Source: Candidatus Multivoradales bacterium
Lineage (GTDB): Bacteria; Acidobacteriota; Thermoanaerobaculia; Multivoradales; J023
Direction: 5' to 3'
Assembly: GCA_965248925.1 (NCBI GenBank)
Contig: CBDFLE010000005.1
Coordinates: forward strand, 128,001-192,000
DNA length: 64,000 nucleotides
In this document: positions 1-9,965 of the stretch, in pieces
How the letters are laid out: every line of letters starts with the position of its first letter
How positions within the stretch are numbered: the stretch's first letter is position 1
Position numbers and translations under genes: made by a program
The notes under the pieces: generated by a model
What the model was told of the DNA's origin: nothing
The model's input: the letters and a program-made list of their open reading frames with translations, nothing else
The model's database searches: none

Positions 1-381
1 CGAGATCTGGCGGCTCGCTATTTCGAAGTTTGGGCGCTGCGCCTGAGCGGCTTGTTCGCGCTGCCGACGCCCTGCCGCGACTGTGGTTGGTTGCTCGACA
101 CCGGTGCCGAGATGGTGAGCGAGCTGGCGCCGTCGCTCTGTCCTCGCTGTGGCGAGCTGGCCAGTCCAGCGCCGCCGCCGGGCTGGCCGGAGGGTCCTTC
201 GGCGGTGATGACTTTCTTGTTGCGCAGCGGCCGCCAGGGGCTGAGTGAAATGGCCCAAGAACTGCCACCGACGAGGGTCTTGCGGCAGGTCGAAGGGCTT
301 TGTCGGGAGATCCGTCGGGAGTTCTTGCAGCAAGAACTGAATAGCTACCGGGTGATGAGCCAAGTCTTGAAGCAGCTGTAG
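1..381 (+). CDS. recO: DNA repair protein RecO, C-terminal part (5' truncated by window)
   Basis: Frame open from position 1: ARYFEVWALRLSGL...CRDCG...LCPRC zinc-finger and ELNSY ending; lies upstream of glyQ, a common gene order. Confidence 0.75.
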   Translation, partial: RDLAARYFEVWALRLSGLFALPTPCRDCGWLLDTGAEMVSELAPSLCPRCGELASPAPPPGWPEGPSAVMTFLLRSGRQGLSEMAQELPPTRVLRQVEGLCREIRREFLQQELNSYRVMSQVLKQL

Positions 382-438
382 GACAGCGTTCTCGCCCGGC
401 ACTGGTCAGCAACGAATCGCGGTAAGACTGAGTTCCAA

Positions 439-1326
439 ATGACTAGTCTAGAGCAGATCATCCGTCGCCTGTCCGCCTTTTGGCGCGAGCGCGGTTGCGC
501 CTGGATCGCTCCTTGTGATCTACCTTTGCCGTTAGCGACCATGCATCCGCGAGCCTTCTTCGCCCTGCTGACGCCGGGATCCTGGCGTGCCGCCTATGCC
601 CAGCCGATTCGCCGGCCAGCCGATGGCCGGTTTGGCCAGCACCCTTTTCGCCTGGCTCGCCACCACCAATTCCAGGTGCTGCTGCAAGAGCCTCCAGAAG
701 ATCCCCTGGCGCTCTATCTGGAGACCCTCGAAGCGCTCGATATCGATCCGACGAAGCATGATTTACGCTTTGAGGAGTGGCGCTGGGAAGCCCGCACTCT
801 CGGTGCCCAGGGTCGTGGATGGCACGCCCGAATCGACGGCCTGGGGGTAACCCGGCTGACGGTTCTCGAAGAACTAGCCGGACATCGGCTGACACCCGCC
901 GCCTTGGAAATCAGCTACGGCCTCGAACGCTTGCTGATGGCGGCGATGGGCAGTCGCGATGTATTCCGCCTGCCGTGGAGCGAAGACATCGCCGACGGAG
1001 AGCAGCGGCGGCGCCATGAGCTTCAAGAGTCGCGCTGGGCTTTTGAGCTGGCGGACACCGAGCGCCTGCGCAGTCGCTTGCTCGACCTCGAGGCTGAGGC
1101 CCGGGTGTCGATCGAACACGGCCTGGAGCTGCGTGCCTACGAGCTGGCGATCGAATGTATGCCCCTGGTCGATGTGTTAGCAGCGCGCGATGAGTTGTTG
1201 GGTAAGGAGCGCTCGGCCTGGCTCGATCGGATCCGTCGATTGGTCGAAGCGAGTGCAGATCTACACCTCGCAGGGGTGGCCGCTACGGCGGTCGACACGC
1301 AGGCGGGGGGGGGCGAGGATGGCTGA
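439..1326 (+). CDS. glyQ: Glycine--tRNA ligase alpha subunit (divergent)
   Basis: AAYAQPIRRPADGRFG, HQFQV, EISYGLERL motifs; overlaps glyS start. Confidence 0.85.
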   Translation: MTSLEQIIRRLSAFWRERGCAWIAPCDLPLPLATMHPRAFFALLTPGSWRAAYAQPIRRPADGRFGQHPFRLARHHQFQVLLQEPPEDPLALYLETLEALDIDPTKHDLRFEEWRWEARTLGAQGRGWHARIDGLGVTRLTVLEELAGHRLTPAALEISYGLERLLMAAMGSRDVFRLPWSEDIADGEQRRRHELQESRWAFELADTERLRSRLLDLEAEARVSIEHGLELRAYELAIECMPLVDVLAARDELLGKERSAWLDRIRRLVEASADLHLAGVAATAVDTQAGGGEDG

Positions 1327-3502
1327 GTATCTGCTCGAACTATGCACCGACGAGCTTGCCGCCAGCCGCCTTGAAGCGATCTCCGAGGTCTTTGTGCGGC
1401 GGGTCTTCGAAGAATTGGTCGGCCGCGGCCTTGCCCCTGGCAAGGTGATCACTGGGGCCACCCCGCGACGACTGGTGCTGGCGCTCCAAGACCTGCCCGA
1501 GCATGAGCCCAGCGGCGAGCAGCAGCTGCTCGGACCGCCGGTGGCTGAATCTTGGGACGAAGCCGGCGAGCCGACCGCGGCGTTGGCTGGTTTCCTCGCC
1601 CGCGCCGCGTTACCGAGCGCCGATCGGCTGCGCCGCATTCGCACCGAAAAGGGCGAGTATCTAGGAGTCACTCGGCACGTCGAGGGGCGTCCCCTGGCGG
1701 CGGTGTTGGGCGAACTCGTGCCGCGCTTGCTGGCGGAAATGGGTTGGCGCGATTCGCCTCCCGCCGCCTTTCCGGCGCGGTTGCGCGGGGTCCTCTCGCT
1801 GCTCGATGGCAAGCTGCTGGAGTGGCGCCTGGGCACTTTGCGCGCCGGGCGCTCGACTGCCGGCCACCCGCGGCTCTCGCCGGGCACGTTCACCGTCAAG
1901 AGCTTTGCCGATTATCGCCGTCGCCTTGGCCGGCTGGGGATCGAGATCTCCTTCAGCCGGCGTCGCTCCAAGCTCGATAGGAAGCTGCGGGCCGCCGCCG
2001 CGGGACTAGGGGCCGAGCTGGTTGGCGGCGATCGGTTGCTCGATCGACTGAGCGCTAGCTGTGAGATCCCTGGAGTGGTGCAGGGCGACGTGGAGAGTGA
2101 TTTTCTAACCCTGCCGTCAGAGGTGGTCGTGGCGACCCTCAATCGGTTGGGCGCCTTCGCCCTGCGCGCCGAGGGTGAACTACTGGCCAATTTCTTGACT
2201 GTGATGGATCGCAGAGACGATCCACAAGGGCGGGTGCGGGAGGGCTGGCAGCGCACCGTCGCCGGCCATTTGATCGATGCCCGCTTTGCCGAACGGGCCG
2301 ACCGAAAGTTGCCGCTGGCCGAGCGGGCTCGCCGCCTCGGTGACCTGGTGTTGCATCCGCGCCTCGGTACCTACGCCCAGAAGAGCGAACGCTTGGTGGC
2401 CTTGGTGGAGCTGATCTGCAGCGAACTCGACTGGCCCGAGGAACTCGATGGGGCGCGCCAAGCGGCAACCCTGGCGAAGGCCGATTTGACCACCGCCATG
2501 GTGCGTCAGCACCCGACCTTGAGCGGCGTGGTGGGCGGTATCTATGCCCGTGGGGAGGGCTACGTGGAAGCGGTGTGGCAGGCGATCTACGATCAGAATC
2601 AGCCGCTCACCTGGGACGATCCGCCGCCCCGAGGTGCCGCTGGCCAAGTCCTGGCGGTGGCCGACCGAGTGGATACCTTGGTGGGCTTTCTCGGTATCGG
2701 CGAGCTGCCCTCCGGCAGCCGTGATCCGCAAGGCTTGAAACGGCTCACCCAGGGTCTGCTGCGGGTGGTCTTGGATGGCGGTTTGGAACTCGACTTGGAC
2801 TTGCTTGCTGCCAGGACGGTGCTGCTCTACGCTGGCGCGGGTACCGGGTCTCAAGAGGAGGGTGCGGCCAGCATCGAATTGCAATATGGCGCCGAAGAAC
2901 TGGTCGAGCTGCTGCGGCCCTTCCTGGCCGATCGCCTGCGCCATGTGCTCGGCCAGCGCGGCCATGCCCACGACGAGATCGAAGCGGTGATGGCGGTAGC
3001 GGGCAACAGCCTGCCGGATCTCGAAGCCCGGCTGTTCGCCCTGCGCAAGGTCAGGGGCGACCGGGCTTTTGCTTCATTGGTGCAGGCGGCCAAGCGAATC
3101 TCCAACATCATCTCCGCAGCTGATGAGCACCCGCTGCGGGTGGAACTGCTGACCGAGCCCGCCGAGCGGGAGCTCAACAAGGCCCTCGAAAAGGTGCGTG
3201 GCACCCTCGACCAGGCAGTCGCCAAGCGACTCTACGCCGAAGCCCTTCGCCGCATGGCGGCCCTAGCCCGCCGCCTCGACCAGTTCTTCAACGAGGTGCT
3301 GGTGATGGATGAAGATGAAGCTCTGCGGCACAATCGCCTGGCTCTCTTGCAGGCCACTCACAGGGTTTTTTGGCGGGTGGCTAGGCTGCAAGAGATGGCG
3401 GTGGAAGAGATGCCGGTGGGAGAGATGCCGGTGGGAGAGATGCCGGTGGAAGAGATGCCGGTGAAGGAGAAGTTCAAGCAGCGCAAGGAGGAGGGGTCAT
3501 GA
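1319..3502 (+). CDS. glyS: Glycine--tRNA ligase beta subunit
   Basis: MAEYLLELCTDEL, ATPRRL, KADLTTAMV, VADRVDTLVG, SRDPQGLKR, FFNEVLVM...NRLALL; ATG at 1319 after GAGG. Confidence 0.9.
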   Translation: MAEYLLELCTDELAASRLEAISEVFVRRVFEELVGRGLAPGKVITGATPRRLVLALQDLPEHEPSGEQQLLGPPVAESWDEAGEPTAALAGFLARAALPSADRLRRIRTEKGEYLGVTRHVEGRPLAAVLGELVPRLLAEMGWRDSPPAAFPARLRGVLSLLDGKLLEWRLGTLRAGRSTAGHPRLSPGTFTVKSFADYRRRLGRLGIEISFSRRRSKLDRKLRAAAAGLGAELVGGDRLLDRLSASCEIPGVVQGDVESDFLTLPSEVVVATLNRLGAFALRAEGELLANFLTVMDRRDDPQGRVREGWQRTVAGHLIDARFAERADRKLPLAERARRLGDLVLHPRLGTYAQKSERLVALVELICSELDWPEELDGARQAATLAKADLTTAMVRQHPTLSGVVGGIYARGEGYVEAVWQAIYDQNQPLTWDDPPPRGAAGQVLAVADRVDTLVGFLGIGELPSGSRDPQGLKRLTQGLLRVVLDGGLELDLDLLAARTVLLYAGAGTGSQEEGAASIELQYGAEELVELLRPFLADRLRHVLGQRGHAHDEIEAVMAVAGNSLPDLEARLFALRKVRGDRAFASLVQAAKRISNIISAADEHPLRVELLTEPAERELNKALEKVRGTLDQAVAKRLYAEALRRMAALARRLDQFFNEVLVMDEDEALRHNRLALLQATHRVFWRVARLQEMAVEEMPVGEMPVGEMPVEEMPVKEKFKQRKEEGS
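3391..3465 (+). repeat. Five 15-bp tandem units (AGAGATGCCGGTGGR) encoding EMPV(G/E) repeats in the glyS tail
   Basis: Units read directly at 3391, 3406, 3421, 3436, 3451. Confidence 0.9.
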
Positions 3503-5358
3503 ACCGGATTCATTTGCTCAACGAGCACTTGATCAGCCAGATCGCCGCCGGCGAGGTGGTGGAACGGCCGGCATCGGTGGTCAAGGAGTTGCTGGAGAAT
3601 AGCCTTGATGCCGGTGCCGGCGAGGTGCGGGTCGAACTCGAAGTTGGTGGCAAGCGGCGGCTGATGGTGAGTGACGACGGCAGCGGCATGGGTGGCGACG
3701 ACGCCCTGCTCGCTTTCGACCGCCACGCCACCAGCAAGATCGCCAGCTTTGCCGACTTGGAGCAGGTCTCGAGCCTGGGCTTTCGCGGCGAGGCATTGTC
3801 GTCGATCGCCGCTGTCGCAAGGGTCGATATGCGCACCGCCGAGCAGCCCGGTGATGGTTTCCTGGTGCGGATCGAAGGCGGCCGGATCAAGACCGCCGAG
3901 CCGGTGGCCCATCCCCGCGGTACTCGCGTCGAGGTGGCGTCGCTGTTCTACAACGTGCCGGCGCGGCGCAAGTTCCTCAAGCGTCCGCAGACCGAAATGC
4001 GGCGGGTGGTGGAGGTGGTGCAGGCCTACGCTCTGGCCCGCCCTGAAGTCAGCTTCTCGGTGTTTCACGAGGGGCGTCAAGTGGTCGACGCTCTGGCCTT
4101 GGAGAAGGGGGGGGAGGGCGCCTTGCGGGAGCGCATTGGTCAGTTGTTCGGCTCGGCTTTGGCGGACGATCTGGTGGCCATACCCGCTCCCATGTTGCCA
4201 GCCGGTGAGGCGGTGCGAGGCTTTGTCGGCAATCGCGACACCCGCCGTGGTCGGCGATACTTTGTCTATGTCAACGGTCGCCTGGTGCGCGATCGACAAG
4301 TCATGTCGCGCTTCTATCGAGCGGTGCGCGAAGAATGGAAGGGGGATGATTTTCCGGCCCTCTTCTTGTTTCTCGAATTGCCCCCCGAGCTGCTTGATGT
4401 CAACGTGCATCCGCAAAAGAACGAGGTGCGCTTCCGCGATCTGCGTTTTATGGAGCGGGTCCACGGCGCCTTGCGAGCCACCTTGGCGATGGCTCGGGGT
4501 GAGGAAGAGGCGCCTCTGCGAGAGCCCCTCTCATTACCCAGCGTGCCCGCGGTGTGGCAAGGTCTGGGCGGCAAGCAACGCCCAGACCCGGCGGCTGGGG
4601 AGCCCTGGCGGGCTTTGCCGGCGGCGTCCGGCGAGGGGGCGGAGGCGGCGTCCAGTGAGGAGATTCGTGAGCCTTCGCCGCTGCCTTATGGCGAGCCTGT
4701 CGGGCAGATCGCCCAGGCTACTTTCGCACCGCAAAAGCCCGCTGCGGTACCGCTCAGCGGCCGCTCTGGGCGCGCCCGGCCGTTTCGCTTGCTGGGTCAA
4801 TACAAGGGCACCTTGCTGCTACTCGAGGGTCCCGATGGTCTCTACTTGATCGATCAACATGTGGCCCACGAGCGTTTGCTCTACGAACGCTTGCGGCGGT
4901 CGTTGGATGAGCAGGCGGCGGCCAGTCAACAGCTGTTGCAGCCCTTGCTCCTGGAACTCAGCCCGGCAGAGGCCCTGCGTCTGGCCGAATTGGCGCCAGC
5001 GCTCGAAGGCTACGGCTTCGAAGTGGTCGAGATGTCCGGCGCCACGATGGCCTTGAAGGCCCTACCCACCATGTTGTCGGTGACGGAGGGAGAAGCTCTG
5101 TTGCAGGAGCTGGCTACTTCCACTGGCGAGGGGCTAGCTGAGGCCGAGGCCCTGGGGCAGGGTATTCTCGATGCCCTGGCGGCTTCGCTGTCTTGCCGCG
5201 GGGCAGTGAAGATGCACCATCCGCTGAGTGTCGAAGAAATGCAGAATCTAGTCGCCGAACTGTTCGAGGCCGAGCAGCCCTATGCCTGCCCCCACGGTCG
5301 ACCGGTAGTGTTGCAGATGACCGATGCTGAGCTTGAGCGCCGCTTTGGCCGGCGCTAA
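3499..5358 (+). CDS. mutL: DNA mismatch repair protein MutL
   Basis: QIAAGEVVERPASVVKELLENSLDAGA, HATSKI, GFRGEAL, DQHVAHER, CPHGRP. Confidence 0.97.
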   Translation: MNRIHLLNEHLISQIAAGEVVERPASVVKELLENSLDAGAGEVRVELEVGGKRRLMVSDDGSGMGGDDALLAFDRHATSKIASFADLEQVSSLGFRGEALSSIAAVARVDMRTAEQPGDGFLVRIEGGRIKTAEPVAHPRGTRVEVASLFYNVPARRKFLKRPQTEMRRVVEVVQAYALARPEVSFSVFHEGRQVVDALALEKGGEGALRERIGQLFGSALADDLVAIPAPMLPAGEAVRGFVGNRDTRRGRRYFVYVNGRLVRDRQVMSRFYRAVREEWKGDDFPALFLFLELPPELLDVNVHPQKNEVRFRDLRFMERVHGALRATLAMARGEEEAPLREPLSLPSVPAVWQGLGGKQRPDPAAGEPWRALPAASGEGAEAASSEEIREPSPLPYGEPVGQIAQATFAPQKPAAVPLSGRSGRARPFRLLGQYKGTLLLLEGPDGLYLIDQHVAHERLLYERLRRSLDEQAAASQQLLQPLLLELSPAEALRLAELAPALEGYGFEVVEMSGATMALKALPTMLSVTEGEALLQELATSTGEGLAEAEALGQGILDALAASLSCRGAVKMHHPLSVEEMQNLVAELFEAEQPYACPHGRPVVLQMTDAELERRFGRR

Positions 5359-5366
5359 GTAAGCCA

Positions 5367-6071
5367 ATGCCTGACATCTATTACACCGACGAGCTGCAAG
5401 AACTGCTCGACTATCAGTTTGACGATATGGGTCTGCTGCATTTGGCGCTGACCCATCGCTCCTACAGCAACGAGCGCGGTCAGCGAAAAAACTACGAGCG
5501 TTTGGAGTTCCTCGGCGATTCAGTGCTCGGCTTGATCACCAGCCATTGGCTGTACCAACGCTTCCCGCGTCAGCCCGAGGGTGAGTTAGCGCGCCTCAAG
5601 AGCTATTTGGTTAGTGCCACGGTTTTGGCCCAGATGGGCACGGATCTGGCGCTTGGAGCTTCGGTGCAATTGGGGGTCGGCGAGGAGCGTTCCGGGGGCC
5701 GTTCGAAGCAGTCGATCCTGGCCGACACTATGGAGTCAGTGTTCGGGGCCATCTACCTCGACGGCGGGCTTGAGGCGGCGCGAGAGGTTATTTGCCGCCT
5801 GTTGCAGCGGGCTTACGACGGCGCAGAAGAGCTGCGCCAAGGGGATCCCAAGACGGTGCTGCAAGAGCTGGCCCAGGGGCGTTCTTGGCGCCTGCCGGTC
5901 TACCGGTTGGTCGGGCAGGAAGGGCCGGACCATGACAAGACTTTCACCGTCGAATGCTGGCTCGAAGGCGAGCCAGCGGGTCAGGCCACCGGCGGTAGCA
6001 AGAAGATCGCCGAACGCCGCGCCGCTGCCATCACCCTCGAGCGGCTTGACCTCAGCGCCGAGCAAACCTAG
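5367..6071 (+). CDS. rnc: Ribonuclease III
   Basis: ALTHRS, NYERLEFLGDSVL, dsRBD DPKTVLQE. Confidence 0.97.
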   Translation: MPDIYYTDELQELLDYQFDDMGLLHLALTHRSYSNERGQRKNYERLEFLGDSVLGLITSHWLYQRFPRQPEGELARLKSYLVSATVLAQMGTDLALGASVQLGVGEERSGGRSKQSILADTMESVFGAIYLDGGLEAAREVICRLLQRAYDGAEELRQGDPKTVLQELAQGRSWRLPVYRLVGQEGPDHDKTFTVECWLEGEPAGQATGGSKKIAERRAAAITLERLDLSAEQT

Positions 6072-6123
6072 ACTTCAGCGCCTCGAATGACTTCCCAGGA
6101 CCCCTCAGTCGCAGGAGAAAGCC

Positions 6124-7413
6124 GTGACGGTCACCATTAGCCAGCTGCGCGAATACGAAGGACGGACAGTAACCCTGCGTGGGTGGCTGGCCAATAAGCG
6201 CTCCAGCGGCAAGCTGGGTTTTCTTCAGGTCCGCGACGGGACCGGTTACGCCCAAGCGGTGATCAGCCGCCAGGAGGTTTCCGAGGAAGCCTGGGAAGCG
6301 GTGAAAGAGGTCACTCAGGAGTCGACAGTGCGGGTCACTGGCATCGCGCGGGCCGACGAGCGGGCTCCGGGCGGGGTCGAGATCCAAGCCACGGATTTCT
6401 CGATCGAAGACTTGACCGAAGATTTTCCGATCACTAACAAGGAACACGGCACGGCGTTTCTAATGGAACAGCGCCATCTGTGGTTGCGCTCCCGTCGCCA
6501 ACGGGCGGCGATCAGGGTGCGCAGCGAGGTCTGCCAGGCGATTCGCGACTTCTACTACGAGCGCGATTTCGTGCTGATCGATTCGCCGATTCTGACCCCC
6601 AACGCCTGTGAAGGCACTTCGACTCTGTTCCAGACCGACTACTTCGGCGAGCCGGCTTACCTCAGCCAATCGGGCCAGCTTTATCTGGAGCCGGCCGCCG
6701 CGGCGCATGGCAAGGTCTACTGTTTCGGGCCGACATTTCGCGCTGAGAAGTCGAAGACCCGTCGCCATCTGATGGAGTTCTGGATGGTCGAGCCCGAGGT
6801 GGCGTTCCTCGAATTCGACGGTCTCAGCGAGTTGGCGGAGGAGTTTCTCTGCTACCTGGTCTCGCGCGTATTGGAGCGCTGCCAGGAGGAGCTAAGAACC
6901 CTCGAACGGGATGTTTCTCTGCTCGAGAAAGTGATACCACCTTTCCCCGAAATCACCTATCGCGAGGCCATCGAGAAGCTCAGCGAAGGCGGCTTCAAGG
7001 CCGCGTTCGGGGACGATTTCGGTGCCGAGGAAGAGACTTTCCTGGCCAGTCAATACGACCGGCCGCTGATGATCACCCGTTTTCCGACCTCGATCAAAGC
7101 CTTCTACATGCAGCCCGACCCGGAAGATCCCGAGGTGGTGCTGGGGCTCGACATCATCGCTCCCGAGGGCTATGGCGAGATCATCGGCGGCAGCCAGCGG
7201 ATCCACGACCACGAGCTGCTGCTGAGCCGCATCGAAGAGCACAAGTTGCCGCGAGAGGCTTTTCAGTGGTACCTCGACGTGCGCCGCTACGGCACTTTTC
7301 CGCACTCTGGCTTCGGCATGGGGATCGAGCGCTTCGTCGGCTGGATGACCGGGGTCAAACATCTGCGCGAGACCATTCCCTATCCGCGGCTGCTGTATCG
7401 GATCTATCCCTGA
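6124..7413 (+). CDS. asnS: Asparagine--tRNA ligase
   Basis: YLSQSGQLYLE, FGPTFRAEKSKTRRHLMEFWMVEPE, GEIIGGSQR, PHSGFGMGIER. Confidence 0.96.
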   Translation: MTVTISQLREYEGRTVTLRGWLANKRSSGKLGFLQVRDGTGYAQAVISRQEVSEEAWEAVKEVTQESTVRVTGIARADERAPGGVEIQATDFSIEDLTEDFPITNKEHGTAFLMEQRHLWLRSRRQRAAIRVRSEVCQAIRDFYYERDFVLIDSPILTPNACEGTSTLFQTDYFGEPAYLSQSGQLYLEPAAAAHGKVYCFGPTFRAEKSKTRRHLMEFWMVEPEVAFLEFDGLSELAEEFLCYLVSRVLERCQEELRTLERDVSLLEKVIPPFPEITYREAIEKLSEGGFKAAFGDDFGAEEETFLASQYDRPLMITRFPTSIKAFYMQPDPEDPEVVLGLDIIAPEGYGEIIGGSQRIHDHELLLSRIEEHKLPREAFQWYLDVRRYGTFPHSGFGMGIERFVGWMTGVKHLRETIPYPRLLYRIYP

Positions 7414-7482
7414 TGGCGGTGGCGTTGCAGATGCCTCGATCCGGGTCAGCGGCTGACTCTCGGCTGACCCTCGGGCGGTTCG

Positions 7483-8829
7483 ATGAGTGAATCCGAACAC
7501 GAGTTGCTGATCGGTCGCCTGGCGATCCACTACCAGCTGCTTGATAAGCAGCAAATGCAGGCTGCGAGGTTGCGCAAGCGGGATGCCGCCAGCCCCATCG
7601 AACTGGGCGACTTCCTGGTCGCCGAAGGGCTGCTCGACGCGGCTCAGTTGAGCCAGTTGCAGCGCGCTCGACAGCAGTACCTGGGCCGGCAAACGACAGG
7701 CGGCTCACCGGCCGCTGAGCCGCTCGCCACCGTCGAGCCAGTGGCGGTGGATAGGTTGGCGAATCTACGTTTTTCCACTGAGATTTCGTTGGCTGACCTA
7801 CTGCGAGAAGCCCACCGCGTCGGTGCCAGCGACTTGCATTTGCACAGTGGCTCGCCGCTTAAGGTGCGCCTTGATGGGGCGCTGAGCGAGGTCGAAGAGC
7901 GGCCGATCGAGGCGCCGGAGGCGGAGCGGTTGATCGCCGGCTTGCTCAGCACTGAGCAGCGCCAGGCTCTAGATCAGAATTTGCAGTTGGACCTGTCCTA
8001 CGAGATCGAAGACGTGGGCCGATTTCGCGCCAACATCTACCGTCAACGGCGCGGTCTCGACGCTGTTTTTCGCACCATCCCGCTGCAGCCGCCGAGCCTA
8101 GCGCAGCTTGGATTACCGGATCGGCTGGCCAAACTCACCGAATTCCACCAGGGAATGGTGCTGATTACCGGCCCGGCCGGCTGCGGCAAGTCCACCACCC
8201 TGGCGGCATTGGTCGATCTGATCAACCGCCAGCGCGCGGATCACATCATCACGATCGAAGATCCGATCGAGTTAGTACACCGCTCCAAGCGCTGCGTGGT
8301 CAACCAACGCGAGGTCGGTCCGCACACCGAGAGCTTTGCCCGCGCCCTGCGCGCCGCTTTGCGCGAAGATCCCGACGTCATCGCCATTGGCGAGTTGCGC
8401 GATCTGGAAACTATCTCCTTGGCTCTGACCGCTGCTGAGACCGGCCATTTAGTGTTGGGTACCCTGCACACGTCGAGCGCGGTGCGCACGGTCAATCGCT
8501 TGCTCGGCGTCTTTCCGCCCGAGCAGCAATCGCAGATCCGGACCATGGTGTCCGAATCGCTGCGGGCGGTGGTGTCGCAGCGGCTGCTGCCGCGGGCTGA
8601 TGGCGAGGGTCGAGTGGCGGCGCTCGAAGTGTTGATCAACAATCAGGCGGCGGGCAATCTGATCCGCGACAACAAGACCTTCCAGCTACAGTCGGTCATT
8701 CAGACTGGCAGCGAGCAGGGCATGTGCATGCTCGATGCCTCGTTGCAGCAGCTGCTCAAGCAGGGTGCTATCACCCTGGAGGTGGCGCTGGACAACGCCG
8801 AGGACCCCAAGCGCTTCAAAGATGCCTGA
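7483..8829 (+). CDS. pilT: PilT/PilU family type IV pilus retraction ATPase with N-terminal extension
   Basis: ASDLHL, GPAGCGKSTT, TIEDPIE, ALREDPDVIAIGELRD, AAETGHLVLGTLHT. Confidence 0.9.
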   Translation: MSESEHELLIGRLAIHYQLLDKQQMQAARLRKRDAASPIELGDFLVAEGLLDAAQLSQLQRARQQYLGRQTTGGSPAAEPLATVEPVAVDRLANLRFSTEISLADLLREAHRVGASDLHLHSGSPLKVRLDGALSEVEERPIEAPEAERLIAGLLSTEQRQALDQNLQLDLSYEIEDVGRFRANIYRQRRGLDAVFRTIPLQPPSLAQLGLPDRLAKLTEFHQGMVLITGPAGCGKSTTLAALVDLINRQRADHIITIEDPIELVHRSKRCVVNQREVGPHTESFARALRAALREDPDVIAIGELRDLETISLALTAAETGHLVLGTLHTSSAVRTVNRLLGVFPPEQQSQIRTMVSESLRAVVSQRLLPRADGEGRVAALEVLINNQAAGNLIRDNKTFQLQSVIQTGSEQGMCMLDASLQQLLKQGAITLEVALDNAEDPKRFKDA

Positions 8830-8847
8830 GCGGCGACGGGATAAGAG

Positions 8848-9933
8848 ATGGCAAGACTGCACCAACTATTCAGCCAGCTGAAAGACGATGGGGGATCGGA
8901 CCTGCATCTCACCGTCGGTCTACAGCCGCGCATGCGGATCGATGGTGAGCTGGCCGACGTGGCAGGTTGGCCGGAGTTGACGGCAGGGGAGCTGCTCGAC
9001 ATGATGCGCGAGTTGGTCAACGACGAGCAGTGGGACGACTATCAGCAATGCGGCGATTTGGATTTCGCCTACGGCTTCGAGGGGGTTGCCCGGTTCCGCG
9101 CCAACTACCTGCGCCAGCAGCGGGGCGCGGCGGCGGTCTTTCGCATCATTCCCGAGAAGATTCTCACCTTCGAGCAGCTCGGCATGCCGGCGGCGATTGC
9201 CGATTTGGCCAATTTGCACCGCGGCCTAGTGCTGATCACCGGGCCCACTGGCTCTGGCAAATCGACCACCTTGGCGGCGATCATCGATCACATCAACGCT
9301 ACCTACAGCAAGCACATCGTCACCATCGAGGATCCGGTGGAATTCGTTCACCCGAACAAACGGAGCGTGCTGTCACAGCGCGAGGTGGGTAGCGACGCGG
9401 TGAGTTTCGCGGCGGCGCTTAGGGTGGCGGTGCGCCAAGATGCCGATGTGGTGCTAGTTGGTGAGATGCGCGATCTGGAAACCATCGCTTTGGCGATCAC
9501 CGCCGCCGAGATGGGCGCGCTGGTTTTCGGCACCTTGCACACCAACAACGCCGCCAAGACCATCGACCGAATCATCGATGCCTTCCCGGCCAAAGAGCAG
9601 GCGCAGATCCGTACCACCTTGTCGGAATCGATCACCGCTATCGTTTCTCAGCTGCTGCTGCGCCGCCAAGGCGGCGGCCGGGTAGCGGCGCACGAGATCC
9701 TACTGCGCACCAGCGGGCTGCCCAATGTAGTGCGCGAGGGCAACACTTCGATGCTGCGCTCGATCATCCAGGGCGGTCGGGCGCGTGGCATGATCATGAT
9801 GGACGAATCGCTGATCGCCCTGGTCAAGAGCCAGCAGGTCAGTGCTGAGGAAGCCTACCTCAAGGCCGAAGATAAGCCACGTTTCCAGGCGTTGATGGAG
9901 AAAACACTTGGCACGGCAGACAGTGACCCCTGA
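8848..9933 (+). CDS. pilT: PilT family type IV pilus retraction ATPase (second copy)
   Basis: GSDLHL, GPTGSGKSTT, TIEDPVE, VGEMRD, FGTLHT. Confidence 0.92.
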   Translation: MARLHQLFSQLKDDGGSDLHLTVGLQPRMRIDGELADVAGWPELTAGELLDMMRELVNDEQWDDYQQCGDLDFAYGFEGVARFRANYLRQQRGAAAVFRIIPEKILTFEQLGMPAAIADLANLHRGLVLITGPTGSGKSTTLAAIIDHINATYSKHIVTIEDPVEFVHPNKRSVLSQREVGSDAVSFAAALRVAVRQDADVVLVGEMRDLETIALAITAAEMGALVFGTLHTNNAAKTIDRIIDAFPAKEQAQIRTTLSESITAIVSQLLLRRQGGGRVAAHEILLRTSGLPNVVREGNTSMLRSIIQGGRARGMIMMDESLIALVKSQQVSAEEAYLKAEDKPRFQALMEKTLGTADSDP

Positions 9934-9965
9934 ACCTCCTTTCCCAACCCCGATTTGGAGAGCCG

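Noticed and set aside
3358-4849. Long antisense or alternative-frame ORFs (e.g. 3358-4464, 3671-4849, 10638-11540, 16878-17939, 61296-62255)
   Set aside because: Expected shadow ORFs in high-GC DNA; they overlap well-supported genes and show no recognisable motifs
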